From Flavobacteriales bacterium (GTDB lineage Bacteria > Bacteroidota > Bacteroidia > Flavobacteriales_F > PHOS-HE28), in NCBI GenBank assembly GCA_016710015.1, contig JADJLR010000008.1, positions 87,912 to 151,911 on the forward strand: a stretch of DNA of 64,000 bases. Direction: 5' to 3'. The translations under genes were made by a program, and so were the position numbers. Below, piece after piece: positions 10,882 to 21,076 of the stretch (within the stretch, counting starts at the first letter, position 1; each line of letters begins with the position of its first letter). The notes under the pieces were generated by a model, which did no database searches, was not told the DNA's origin, and worked only from the letters and a program-made list of their open reading frames with translations.

Positions 10882-13602
10882 TCAGGGTTCGTAGGCCAGG
10901 TTGCTCCCAGCCAGCGCTCCATCCATACACTTTCCTGTCCCTTGCGTTCGGCGAGGCTCGCGATCTGGTCGGCGGACACTTTGCCCACCCCGAAGTACTT
11001 GCTCTTGGGATGCGCAAAATAGAAGCCGCTCACCGCAGCGGTAGGCCACATGGCCAAGCCCTCGGTGAGTTTGATACCGGTGTGCTTCTCTGCATCGAGC
11101 AGGTTGAATAGTTGCGGCTTCTCCGTGTGGTCCGGACACGCAGGATAGCCCGGCGCGGGACGGATGCCGGCGTAAGCCTCTTTGATCAAGCCCTCATTGT
11201 CGAAGGCTTCACCTTCGGCATAGCCCCCAGATCTCCTTGCGCACCGTTTCGTGCAATTTCTCTGCGAAGGCCTCCGCCAATCGGTCGGCAAGGGCCTTGA
11301 GCATGATCGCGCTGTAGTCGTCGTGCTGATCCTCGAACTTCTTTACGCGTTCATCCACCCCATGGCCTGTGGTGACGGCGAAACCGCCCAACATGTCCGG
11401 CGCCACCTCTTTGGGCGCCACGAAGTCGGCCAAGGCGATGTAGGGCACGCCAGGCGCCTTCTTCGATTGCTGTCGTAGTGTGTGCACCCGACCGACCACT
11501 TTGTTCCGCGATGCATCGCTGTAAAGCTCGATATCGTCGTGGCCGACAGTGTTCGCATGCCAGATGGCCGCCACGCCGTTCGCCTGCAACCACTTCTCCT
11601 TCACGATGCGGTCCAGCATTTTCACCGCATCGGCGTGCAGCTTGGTGGCCTGCTCACCCACCACCTCATCGCTGAGGATCTTCGGGAAACGTCCGGCCAG
11701 CTCCCACGCCATGAAGAAAGGCGTCCAATCGATGTAGGGCACCAGTTGTTCGATCGGGAAATTCCGGAAGGTGAACACCCCGGTGCTCTTGGCAGGCACC
11801 GGTGGTTCCGCCTTCCAGTCGATGACGAACTTCTTCTCGCGTGCCTCGGCCAAGGGGATGTACTCCTTGGCGCGTTGGCTGCCTTCGTACTGCACACGCA
11901 CCTTTTCGTACTCGGCCTTGATCTCCGCTTCGAAACCGCTGCGCTCGTTGTCGCTCAGCAACTTGCTCACCGCAGGTACACTGCGACTGGCATCGATGAC
12001 GTGAACCACGGGGCCCTTGTAATGCGGCTCGATGCGCACGGCGGTATGCACACGGCTCGTGGTGGCACCACCGATCAACAAGGGTACCGTAAAGCCTTCG
12101 CGCTCCATCTCCTTTGCCACGTGTACCATTTCATCCAATGAAGGCGTGATCAATCCGCTTAGGCCGATCACATCCACTTCCATCTCCCGCGCAATCTTCA
12201 GGATCGTCGCGCTCTGCACCATCACACCAAGATCGATCACCTGCCAGCCGTTGCACGCCAGGATAACCCCGACGATGTTCTTGCCGATGTCGTGTACATC
12301 GCCTTTCACGGTAGCAAGCAGGACCTTCTTCGCGCCTTCTTTTCGCGTCCCTAGGACGATGCCTTCCGGCTTCGGAGCGAGCGCATCCTTGTCCTTCTTG
12401 GCTTGCAGGAAAGGCTCGAGATAGGCTACGGCACGCTTCATCACACGCGCGCTTTTCACCACTTGCGGAAGGAACATCTTGCCGCTGCCAAAGAGATCGC
12501 CCACGACGTTCATGCCGGCCATTAGCGGGCCTTCGATCACCTTCACGGGATCCTCCAAGGCCAAGCGCGCCTCTTCGGTATCGGCATCGATGTATTCCGT
12601 AATGCCATGTACCAGCGCATGTTTCAAGCGTTCGGCCACATCGCCTTCGCGCCAAGCTGCCTGTTGCGCGATCACCTCGGCGGAGGGCGCACCCTTGAAC
12701 TGCTCCGCGAAGGTGACCATGCGCTCAGTGGCATCCGGACGACGGGCGAGGAGCACGTCCTCCACGTGTTCCAGCAGGTCCTTCGGGATATCTTCATAGA
12801 TACCGATCTGGCCCGCGTTCACGATGCCCATGTCCATGCCGGCCTTGATGGCGTGGAACAAGAACGCCGTGTGCATGGCCTCGCGCACGGGTTCGTTGCC
12901 ACGGAAGCTAAAGCTGACATTGCTGACCCCACCGCTCACCAGCACACCCGGCAGGTTCTTCTTGATCCACTTCACCGCCTCGATGTAGTCGACGGCGTAG
13001 CGATCGTGCTCGCTCATCCCCGTGGCGACCGTGAGGATGTTCGGATCGATGATGATGTCGTGTGGCGGGAAACCCGCCTTGGTGGTGAGCAGATCATACA
13101 CGCGTTGTGCGATCTGTACCCGGCGCTCGTAGTTGTCGGCCTGGCCTTGCTCATCGAAGCACATCACCACGACAGCTGCGCCCAAACGTCGGATGATCTT
13201 GGCCTGTCGCAGGAACTCCGCCTCCCCTTCCTTCAGGCTGATGCTGTTGGCGATGCCCTTGCCTTGGAGACATTTCAACCCGGCCTCGATCACGCTGAAC
13301 TTGCTGCTGTCCACCATCACCGGCACGCGTGCGATGTCGGGTTCGGCAGCGATGAGGTTGAGCAACTTGGTCATGGCCTGCACGCCATCGATCAAGCCCT
13401 CGTCCATGTTCACGTCGATCACTTGCGCGCCGTTCTCCACTTGTTGGCGGGCCACGTTCACGGCCTCATCGTAGTTGCCGGCCTTGATCAGCTTACGGAA
13501 GGCCGCACTGCCCGTGACGTTGGTGCGCTCACCGATGTTGACGAAGTTGCTCTCCTTGAAAATGCGAAGTGGCTCTAGGCCGCTGTAGGCGGGAATACTC
13601 AT
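10882..13602 (-). CDS. metH: methionine synthase core (pterin-binding, cap/B12-binding and AdoMet-activation domains), two homopolymer frameshifts
   Basis: Track ORF 11209..13602 aligns end to end with E. coli MetH residues ~340-1160 ([25 protein letters not shown] ..., [34 protein letters not shown]). It continues as [36 protein letters not shown]... after a GGGGG overcall near 11224-11228. The last residues read ...MERWL|GSNLAYEP* after a GGG undercall near 10905-10909; compare E. coli ERWLAPNLGYDAD*. Confidence 0.85.
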
Positions 13603-13663
13603 TCAGATCCTGGTCGATTATTCCTGATTGCTGATCCCTGACAACTGCGGTAGGGATCAGCAA
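13603..13663 (-). promoter_or_regulatory. 61-bp intergenic stem-loop between the homocysteine-methyltransferase ORF and the metH core ORF
   Basis: Perfect 12-bp inverted repeat TTGCTGATCCCT/AGGGATCAGCAA (extendable to ~17 bp with one mismatch) around a 12-nt loop. It sits exactly where the inter-domain linker of single-chain MetH would be. No U-tract follows. Confidence 0.5.
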
Positions 13664-14674
13664 TTAGGAATTGAGTTCAATTGGCGTTAGTACACGAGGT
13701 TGATGCTTCTTGGCTTCTTCAGCCAGCGCAGCGATATGCGCCGGCGTGGTACCGCAACAACCGCCCACCACGTTCAGCCAGCCCTGTGCCATGAACTCAC
13801 CCACCAGCTTGGCGGTGACCTCCGGCGATTCGCGGTATTCGCCCATCTGATCGGGAAGTCCGGCGTTAGGATATACGCTCACCCGACAATTCGCTTGGTC
13901 GGCGATGGCCTCGAGGTAAGGGCGCATCTGTGCAGCACCCAATGCGCAGTTCAGGCCCATGCTGAAAAGCTTCACGTGCGCCATGCTGATCAGAAAGGCG
14001 TCGATGGTCTGGCCGCTCAAGGTGCGACCGCTGGCATCGGTGATGGTGACGCTGCACATGATCGGTACGCGCGTGTTGCGCTTCTCGAAGACCTCCTCGA
14101 TAGCGTAGAACGCGGCCTTGGCATTGAGCGTATCGAAGATGGTTTCTACCAGCAAGATGTCCACACCGCCTTCGAGCAGTGCTTCCACCTGTTCCTTGTA
14201 CGCCACCACCAACTGATCGAAGGTGACCGCGCGGTAGCCGGGGTCGTTCACGTCGGGACTGAGCGATGCGGTCTTGTTCATGGGTCCGATGGCACCGGCC
14301 ACGAAGCGCGGCTTGCTCGGGTCCATGGCCGTGTACTTGGCACAGGCCTCGCGCGCCAGTTCAGCTGAACGCACGTTCATCTCCCGCACGAGGTCCTCGC
14401 ACTGGTGCTCCGCTTGAGCGATGCGCGTGGCACTGAAGGTGTTGGTCTCTACGATGTCGGCACCGGCTTCGAGGTATTCCTCGTGGATCTTCCGGATCGC
14501 GTCGGGCATGGAGAGGGACAGGAGTTCGTTGTTGCCCTGTAGCAATATCGGATGCTCCTCCATGCCCGCCGGATGGAAGTCCTTTTCGGTGAGCCCCAGA
14601 CGCTGGATCATGGTACCCATGGCACCGTCCAGGATGAGGATGCGCTCTTCTGCTGCTTGTTCGAGTGTCTTCAT
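13664..14674 (-). CDS. homocysteine S-methyltransferase domain protein (MetH N-terminal Hcy-binding module as a separate ORF)
   Basis: 336 aa. ILILDGAMGTMIQ ... GGCCGTTPAHIAAL: zinc-binding Hcy domain collinear with E. coli MetH 1-350. A stand-alone Hcy-domain gene upstream of the B12 core is the usual arrangement in Flavobacteriia-type genomes. Confidence 0.85.
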   Translation of the reverse strand: MKTLEQAAEERILILDGAMGTMIQRLGLTEKDFHPAGMEEHPILLQGNNELLSLSMPDAIRKIHEEYLEAGADIVETNTFSATRIAQAEHQCEDLVREMNVRSAELAREACAKYTAMDPSKPRFVAGAIGPMNKTASLSPDVNDPGYRAVTFDQLVVAYKEQVEALLEGGVDILLVETIFDTLNAKAAFYAIEEVFEKRNTRVPIMCSVTITDASGRTLSGQTIDAFLISMAHVKLFSMGLNCALGAAQMRPYLEAIADQANCRVSVYPNAGLPDQMGEYRESPEVTAKLVGEFMAQGWLNVVGGCCGTTPAHIAALAEEAKKHQPRVLTPIELNS

Positions 14675-14699
14675 CTTCGTTCCATGTCCTTTCCCTTTA

Positions 14700-14915
14700 C
14701 GCCATCACATGAAAAAGCCCCATCCGACAAGACCGGACGAGGCATGTTCCTGCCAAAGGCAAGAGGACCTGATCACGGCTCATCTTCTGTTGTTGTCGCA
14801 CCTCGACTTCGCTCGGCGTGACTACAACAACTGGAATTGGCACCTTAACACACTTCCGTGCGATGGTTGCCAAGGCTTCATCGGGCCAAACCCCTCAGCC
14901 TTTCTGGATAAGCGT
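14700..14915 (-). ncRNA. SAM-I (S-box) riboswitch with intrinsic terminator, 5' leader of the metH operon
   Basis: Minus strand reads CUUAUCcAGAaaGGCuGAGGGguuUGGCCCgAUGAAgCCuugGCAACC ... AAGGUGCcAAUUCCAG ... (long P4) ... AGAAGAUGAG. All SAM-I core elements are present: P1 CUUAUC/GAUGAG, kink-turn GA..GAGGG, pseudoknot UGGCCC, AUGAA, GCAACC junction, GGUGCcAAUUCC. Downstream a ~10-bp GC stem (CCUCGUCCGG..UCGGAUGGGG) is followed by CUUUUU about 25 nt before the ATG. Coordinates approximate. Confidence 0.8.
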
Positions 14916-14994
14916 CCCGGTTCGGAGACCGGGAGTAAAGAACGCGGTGCGAAGATAGTGGAGTAACGTCGATCACGCCGGTTCGCCATGCGCG

Positions 14995-17085
14995 CTAACG
15001 CACCGCGCCTGTGTATTCATTCAACCATTCGAAAACGGTAGCGTGCCACTGCATGGAATTCTGTGGCTTCAGCACCCAATGGTTCTCATCCGGGAAGCGC
15101 AGGTATTTGGAGGCAATGCCCTTGGCTTGGCAGGCCGTGAATGATCCGATGCCCTGTTCCATCGGCACGCGATAGTCCTTGTCGCCATGCACCACCAGCA
15201 TGGGAACTCGCCACTTGTCCGCATGAAGCATGGGATCGAAGGTGTCGTAGTTGTCCGGCTTGGTGAACACGCTGCCTCCATTTTCCCAGTCGGTGAACCA
15301 GAGTTCTTCTGTGGCATAGCCCATCATACGCGTGTCGAAGATGCCGCAATGCGACACCAAGGCTTTGAATGGTTCGTTCCATACACCGGCGATCCAGTTC
15401 ACCATGTACCCACCGTAACTCGCACCCAAAGCCACGACACGATCCGCATCCAAATACGGGTATTGCTCCAGCGCATGGGCAAGGCCCTTCTGTAGATCCT
15501 CCAACGGTCGATCACCCCAGTGCTCGTTGATGGCATCCGTGAAGTCTTGACCATACCCTGTGCTTCCGTGGAAATCGATCATCACCACGGCATATCCCTC
15601 CCCCGCATAGGTTTGTGGATTCCATCGGTAACTCCAGCTTTCGCCAAAGCTTCCTTGCGGACCACCATGGATCAGAAATGCGACCGGGTATTTCTTTCCC
15701 TCGGTGAAACTCGCGGGCTTCAACACGTAACCGTATACCGTCTCGTTGTTCCAGCCCGGAAAGCTGAACTGCTCGAACGCACCGAAGACCTTGTTCTTGA
15801 GGCCCGCGTTCACCTGCGTGAGGGTGGTGGCACCTTGATCGATGCGCATGGCCTTGGGCGCGGCGACGTATAACTGAGCCGGGCTACTTAGCCCGCTCTT
15901 CTGGAATACGAATCCCTTGGGCGTTTCCACGAAGGCATCCATGTGGCCATTGGTACTCAAGGGCGTTACGGTTCCGGTCTTGCTATCGATACGGAAGAGG
16001 CGGTGCTTGCCGATGTCATCAGTGGTCACCAACACGCTTTTGCCATCGCGGCTCCACTGCAGTTGGCCGATGCTGCGATCCCATTCCTTGGCCACCACAG
16101 TGACCTTCCCGGTAGCTAGATCGAGCACGTGCAGCACGAAGCGGTCGGCCTCGTATCCTGGACGTTGCATGGCCACGTACGCGAGTGTACTGCCGTTCGG
16201 TGAGATACGCGGATTGGCATCCCAAGCGGTATTGTCCGCCGTGAGGTTCTTCGCGGGACCGCCGGTCACGGGTACGCTGTAGATGTCGAAGTTGGTGCTC
16301 CAGGGTTCGGTCTTGCCCGCTATGCGCACGCTGTAGTAAACGGTACGGCCATCAGGACCGATCACGAAATCGCTGTTGTCTCCCCAGGGCTTGCTTGGGA
16401 CATCGCCGTCCAGCTCGGGGGTGAGTGCAATGGGCTTCGCGGTCGCATTCGGTAGGGGCAAATAGAAGAGGTGGTTTCGTGTGCCATCCGCCCAGGTGTC
16501 CCAGTGGCGCACAAAGAGTCCATCGTACAATTGGCCGGTGCTCTTCTCCTCCTTCTTCGCTTTGATGCGTTCGGCCGTGCATGTGATGGCATCGCCTGTG
16601 CAACCGGGAAACACCGCTAGCGATACCACTAGTCCGGATCCGTCCGGAGCGATCCGGTATGCCAGCACATCGAGTGCGAGGTTGGTGACCTGCGCCGCCA
16701 TGCGACCCTCCGCGTCGGACCTCCATACTTGCGTGATGCCGTCATCCCCTCGGCCGGAGAGGAAGTAGAAAGCAGAACCATCCGCAGCCCACTGCATATC
16801 GCTCGCGCCACCTTCACCGGCAGGCACTTTCATTTCGGCTTTCGCCGGATCCGCAAGGTCCTTCATCCACAAGGTGCTAACGCCGCGGTTCTTCTCCATG
16901 TCCGTGGCACGCACATTGAAGAGGGCCTTGGTGCCCGCCGGGTCCACCGCCAAGCCACTGATGCGGTCCAGCAGGAGCATATCGCGGTACGTGAACGGCG
17001 AATTGGGCTGTGCGTCAGCCGCCAAGGAATTGAACATGACAAGGACGCTTGCAAGCAGCGTAGGGTAGGTGCGCATTCGGATCAT
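14995..17085 (-). CDS. S9 family peptidase (prolyl oligopeptidase / dipeptidyl-aminopeptidase-like with N-terminal beta-propeller)
   Basis: 696 aa. Signal peptide. C-terminal alpha/beta-hydrolase with GASYGGYM nucleophile elbow, HGDKDYRVP and ENHW catalytic-triad context. Confidence 0.8.
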   Translation of the reverse strand: MIRMRTYPTLLASVLVMFNSLAADAQPNSPFTYRDMLLLDRISGLAVDPAGTKALFNVRATDMEKNRGVSTLWMKDLADPAKAEMKVPAGEGGASDMQWAADGSAFYFLSGRGDDGITQVWRSDAEGRMAAQVTNLALDVLAYRIAPDGSGLVVSLAVFPGCTGDAITCTAERIKAKKEEKSTGQLYDGLFVRHWDTWADGTRNHLFYLPLPNATAKPIALTPELDGDVPSKPWGDNSDFVIGPDGRTVYYSVRIAGKTEPWSTNFDIYSVPVTGGPAKNLTADNTAWDANPRISPNGSTLAYVAMQRPGYEADRFVLHVLDLATGKVTVVAKEWDRSIGQLQWSRDGKSVLVTTDDIGKHRLFRIDSKTGTVTPLSTNGHMDAFVETPKGFVFQKSGLSSPAQLYVAAPKAMRIDQGATTLTQVNAGLKNKVFGAFEQFSFPGWNNETVYGYVLKPASFTEGKKYPVAFLIHGGPQGSFGESWSYRWNPQTYAGEGYAVVMIDFHGSTGYGQDFTDAINEHWGDRPLEDLQKGLAHALEQYPYLDADRVVALGASYGGYMVNWIAGVWNEPFKALVSHCGIFDTRMMGYATEELWFTDWENGGSVFTKPDNYDTFDPMLHADKWRVPMLVVHGDKDYRVPMEQGIGSFTACQAKGIASKYLRFPDENHWVLKPQNSMQWHATVFEWLNEYTGAVR

Positions 17086-17402
17086 CGCTCGAAAAGTAAT
17101 ACCGCTTCGGATCGATCAACGTCTACGCAGGGCTGCGGCGCGCATAGCATGTGCTTCGGACCACGGTCCATTGATCCTACCACCCTTCTGATCGAACGGG
17201 ATGTGCAGGTGGGCTTCGATCGATCGTGTCCTATCGACCCAACCTGAAAACCAGGAACCGTTCCCGATGGATGTCAGCACCGGATCTTCAACGGCAAGTC
17301 CGTGAGGGGTGGATCACATCGCTGAACTGGCCTGCATGCTTCAACAGAAAAACAACCGCGTTACCGCCGTTCGATAATGAAAAGGGCGGTGGAATACGAC
17401 TT

Positions 17403-17669
17403 CTACCCTTGCGCCCCAGCGAACTCCTTTACGAAGCCCACGATCTTCTTGCGGAAGAGCAGGAAGAGGAGCACATAGGGCACACCCATCAGGTAGAGGA
17501 TGCCCATGTTGAGGCCCCTGCCGATGGATTGGTCCCCACCAAAGACGTTCCCACTGCTTTCACCGCTTTCCACCACGGCTTTGCACATGGAGCAGCCTTG
17601 GGCCCCTGCGAATTCCGGCAGTGCAAATGCGATCACGAGCAGTACGGCGATCAGTGCTTTTTGACGCAT
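17403..17669 (-). CDS. small membrane-anchored CxxC protein (hypothetical) adjacent to cytochrome oxidase accessory genes
   Basis: 88 aa: signal peptide, GCSMCK motif, C-terminal TM helix. The heptapeptide EFAGAQG occurs just after the signal peptide and again as the last seven residues. The two copies are also similar at the DNA level. Confidence 0.45.
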   Translation of the reverse strand: MRQKALIAVLLVIAFALPEFAGAQGCSMCKAVVESGESSGNVFGGDQSIGRGLNMGILYLMGVPYVLLFLLFRKKIVGFVKEFAGAQG

Positions 17670-17770
17670 GGGAGAACGAAGATAGCTGGTGGCCTTGTTC
17701 TTACAACAGACCTCCCATGAACGCGCTGTTCCTCCCCGCTACTTCCAACTTCCGATCGACGGGGGCGAAT

Positions 17771-18328
17771 TCAGTAGTACGGGCTGATGAATAGGTAGAC
17801 CACCACACCGGTCACACTCACATAGAACCAAACGGGCCATACGCGCTTGGCCAATTTGCGGTGCGCTGGATACTGCGCTGAAAGTGCCCGATACGCCGTG
17901 ATCAAGATGAAAGGCAGGGACCCTCCAGCGAGGACGATGTGGGTAATGAGGATGATGTAGTAGATCACTTTGACCGCACCCGTACCACCGAAGGGCGTAT
18001 CGCCCGCGAAGAGGTGATGCAGGATGTACGAGACGAGGAAAAGCACCGAAAGCACCAGAGCACTCAACATGACCGTGCGGTGTGCTTGCCATCGCCGGGC
18101 CTTCGCGGTGAAGAGTCCGACCAGCAACAAGGCACTCACCAGCGTGTTGATCACGGCATTCACCTGGGCGAACACATGGATGTCCCAAGTCCCGTCGGTG
18201 GGTACCTGTACGCGGTTCAATACCACGACCGCGAAGAACACCAGACTCGATAGGATCCAGATCCAGCGTTTGGTCGGCTTTTCCGGCAGGTCGATCGCAC
18301 GTTCGGGGTAGGCTCCCTGGGTGCTCAT
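17771..18328 (-). CDS. DUF420 family membrane protein (cytochrome oxidase-associated)
   Basis: 185 aa, 4-5 TM helices, sequence pattern of the DUF420 proteins found in caa3 oxidase clusters. Confidence 0.65.
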   Translation of the reverse strand: MSTQGAYPERAIDLPEKPTKRWIWILSSLVFFAVVVLNRVQVPTDGTWDIHVFAQVNAVINTLVSALLLVGLFTAKARRWQAHRTVMLSALVLSVLFLVSYILHHLFAGDTPFGGTGAVKVIYYIILITHIVLAGGSLPFILITAYRALSAQYPAHRKLAKRVWPVWFYVSVTGVVVYLFISPYY

Positions 18329-18332
18329 GGAC

Positions 18333-19073
18333 TCAGCGCTTTCCCTTGGCCTTGATGCGCTCTTCTTTCAAGAGCATCTTCAGATCCGCCGCCAGAGCGT
18401 TCATACCGGTCGCGGTGGTGCCTTCATAGAAGCCGCGGATGTGGCGGTCCTTGTCCACCAGCACGAACCGGCTGTCATGCAGGAACTGCTCGGCGCTCGC
18501 ACTGTCTTCCAGCGCACTGAGCAGATAGCCTGTATTGCCCATGCGGTAGATGTCCGGCGCATGGCCCGTGAGGAATTTCCAGCGGGCGGTATCGGCCTCC
18601 AACTTGCGCGCATAGGCATCCAGTACCTCGGGCGTGTCGTTCTCTGGATCCACGGTATGGCTCAAGAAAACCACGTCCTTGAAGGCATCATCGTTCAGCT
18701 TCAGCTGCAGTTGCTGCATCTGCACGCTCATCTTCGGGCAGATGGAGGTACACCGTGTGAAGAAGAAATCGGCGATGATGATCTTGCCCTCCACATCCGC
18801 ATCGGTGAACGGTGCGCCGTAGCGATCGATGAACTCGAAGGAAGGGATCCGCCAATAATTGGTATCCACCACCATCTTGCCATCGCGCTCCACCAATTCA
18901 GTTTCCTTGGGACCGTAATAGGACAGGTAGGTGAATTTGTGTTTCACCAGACCCAGCATGGGCGAGAAGAATACGAACAGCGAGAGTATGAAGAGGCCGA
19001 TACCTCCAAGGACCAAACGTTTGACCCGCTTACTGACCGGTACAGGGCTGTCGCTCACAGGTAATGCAGCCAC
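18333..19073 (-). CDS. SCO1/SenC family copper chaperone
   Basis: N-terminal TM anchor; thioredoxin fold with CTSICP (CxxxC) and conserved H; ...FTRCTSICPKM.... Confidence 0.8.
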   Translation of the reverse strand: MAALPVSDSPVPVSKRVKRLVLGGIGLFILSLFVFFSPMLGLVKHKFTYLSYYGPKETELVERDGKMVVDTNYWRIPSFEFIDRYGAPFTDADVEGKIIIADFFFTRCTSICPKMSVQMQQLQLKLNDDAFKDVVFLSHTVDPENDTPEVLDAYARKLEADTARWKFLTGHAPDIYRMGNTGYLLSALEDSASAEQFLHDSRFVLVDKDRHIRGFYEGTTATGMNALAADLKMLLKEERIKAKGKR

Positions 19074-19426
19074 CCTTGGTGAACGAAATTCGATTCGAAG
19101 ATCGCGATGAAGACCAGATACAGGATGAACAGTGCGTATGGCAGCAGGATGATCGCGCGGATGTTCCGGCGCTCATCGCCCAAGTGCATAAAGGTCATAA
19201 CGATGTACGTAGCCTTCACCAAGGTGAGTACCACGTAGGTCCACTTGATTGAATTCCATGCACTGGCATCGAACCACTCCTTCCAATAGGCACCCAAGGT
19301 GACCTCGATGGTGGTGATCACGGCCAAGAACAAGGTGACCAACCAGATCTTGCGGCGGATCTTGCGGCCTTCTTCTTCGCTGTGGTGGGCGTCCAAGCTG
19401 TATTCGATGATGTCGTCGCGCTCCAT
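19055..19426 (-). CDS. cytochrome c oxidase subunit IV (prokaryotic CoxIV family)
   Basis: Start MERDDIIEYS at 19426 by index. ~123 aa, three TM helices, position between CoxIII and SCO1. Confidence 0.55.
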   Translation of the reverse strand: MERDDIIEYSLDAHHSEEEGRKIRRKIWLVTLFLAVITTIEVTLGAYWKEWFDASAWNSIKWTYVVLTLVKATYIVMTFMHLGDERRNIRAIILLPYALFILYLVFIAIFESNFVHQGWLHYL

Positions 19427-19461
19427 TTGAAACCGCCATAAGCCCGGCGAAGGCGTTTGGA

Positions 19462-20361
19462 TCAGAGGAGATAGAAGAAGGTGAACACGAACACCCAGAC
19501 CAGATCCACAAAGTGCCAATAAAGACCGGCCTTCTCCACCATTTCGTAGTGACCGCGGCGGTGGAACACACCATTGATCACCATGATCAGTACGATCAAG
19601 TTGATGATCACGCCACTGAAGACGTGGAAGCCGTGGAAGCCTGTGATGAAGAAGAAGAAGTTCGCGTACTGGATCGGCCCGTACTCATTCACGGTCATGT
19701 TCGCCCCGTCGACGTACGTGGCCCGGTCGTTCCACAACTTCAAGGAGGCCGCATGATCCAAATGAGGTGCACCTTCGGCAGGGATCAGGTAGTGCGCAGG
19801 ATCCGCTAACACCAGGTGGAAGCTCTCATGGGCCGTAGGGTCGTGCGTATCGTGTTCATCGTTGTGAACCCAGTACTTCTCTCCGATGTTGGTGGTGATG
19901 TATCCTCCACTACCGTGGATGAAGTGGCTCCACTCCCACGCTTGGCTGCCCACGAAGAAGGCACCACCCAAGACCGTAAGGAACAACCATTTGATCACTC
20001 CTTTCTTGTCCATCCGGTGACCGGCCTCAACGGCGAGCACCATGGTCACGGAACTGAAGATCAGGATGGCCGTCATCAACGCCACATACACCAGCGGATA
20101 ACTGCCCGTGAGGCCCGGTAACGCCCGGAACACCTCCTCGCCGATGGGCCACACCTCGGTGGTGCTGTGCCTGACGAAACCGTATGCGGTGAGCAACCCG
20201 CCGAACGTCAATGCGTCCGAGACCAGGAAGAACCACATCATCATCTTCCCGTAGCTGATGCTGAACGGGGAACGACCGCCGCCCCATAGGACGTCGTTGC
20301 TCAGAACTTTGCTTGCGTCTCCAGCCATGGTAGATATTCCGGTCGCAATGTTAGTGAACAA
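19462..20361 (-). CDS. cytochrome c oxidase subunit III
   Basis: 299 aa, 7 TM helices. WFFLVSDALTFGGLL, HVV..DLVWVFVF motifs of heme-copper oxidase subunit III. Alternative start MAGDASKV at 20328. Confidence 0.8.
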   Translation of the reverse strand: MFTNIATGISTMAGDASKVLSNDVLWGGGRSPFSISYGKMMMWFFLVSDALTFGGLLTAYGFVRHSTTEVWPIGEEVFRALPGLTGSYPLVYVALMTAILIFSSVTMVLAVEAGHRMDKKGVIKWLFLTVLGGAFFVGSQAWEWSHFIHGSGGYITTNIGEKYWVHNDEHDTHDPTAHESFHLVLADPAHYLIPAEGAPHLDHAASLKLWNDRATYVDGANMTVNEYGPIQYANFFFFITGFHGFHVFSGVIINLIVLIMVINGVFHRRGHYEMVEKAGLYWHFVDLVWVFVFTFFYLL

Positions 20362-21076
20362 ACACCAAGAACAAAAGGAGGTACAGCCAGAGGCCCCCTA
20401 AGAAGTGCCAATAGATCACTCCAGACCACAGACCTACATGGTCCTCAGGGCTATATCGGCCTTGTTTGGCCATGAAGATCATGACGATCAAACTCAGCAG
20501 CCCGAAGGCCAGATGGCCCAAATGAGCGCCGGTGAGGGCATAGAAGAATGAACTCGAGGTGTTCTTCTGCTCACCCAATTCGGCATTCAACGGGTGGCTA
20601 TACTCCACGTCGTTCGGGTGGTAGAAGTACCCCTCCTGCAGGACCAAGGTCGCCCCTTGATATTGGATGGTGTAGTCCGTACCGTAGACACCCTTGTTGT
20701 CCAAGACCTTGCCCACCGGGAAATCCCCCTTCGCCACGAGTTCTTTCCACCCTTGGAATTGGGACCACATGAAGACCGCCCCAAGCAACAAGGTGCCCAG
20801 TAGAAGGGGCATTACCGCAGAGTTCCTGCCCTTCGCTGCGGACCACAACGCGAGTTGTGCCAGCACACTGCTGATCACGATCGCCACGGTGCTGATCCAG
20901 AACGCCTGTGGCATGGCGATATCCACCCAATACCCTCCACTCATGCTGACGACATAAGCGCTGGTGAGCCCGGCGAAGAACATCACGATCGCGAACAGGA
21001 TCAAACTGGTGATCGCCTTCCGCGTTCGAATGAACCTTTCGTGCAGTTCCTCTGGTGTGAAAGTTCCGGTGGTCAT
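20351..21076 (-). CDS. heme-copper oxidase subunit III family protein (second CoxIII-like subunit)
   Basis: 241 aa. TM-rich, C-terminal ...HLGHLAFGLL...WHFLGGLWLYLL.. Typical second CoxIII-like gene of Bacteroidota caa3 clusters. Confidence 0.75.
   Translation of the reverse strand: MTTGTFTPEELHERFIRTRKAITSLILFAIVMFFAGLTSAYVVSMSGGYWVDIAMPQAFWISTVAIVISSVLAQLALWSAAKGRNSAVMPLLLGTLLLGAVFMWSQFQGWKELVAKGDFPVGKVLDNKGVYGTDYTIQYQGATLVLQEGYFYHPNDVEYSHPLNAELGEQKNTSSSFFYALTGAHLGHLAFGLLSLIVMIFMAKQGRYSPEDHVGLWSGVIYWHFLGGLWLYLLLFLVFVH

Noticed and set aside
17340-17402. Possible terminator hairpin (accgcc...ggcggt) downstream of the 88-aa gene
   Set aside because: Stem is short with a 17-nt loop and an imperfect T-run. 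Too weak to call.
17226-17720. 164-aa plus-strand ORF spanning the S9-peptidase / small-protein intergenic region
   Set aside because: Antisense to the 88-aa CxxC gene and intergenic DNA. Low-complexity translation.
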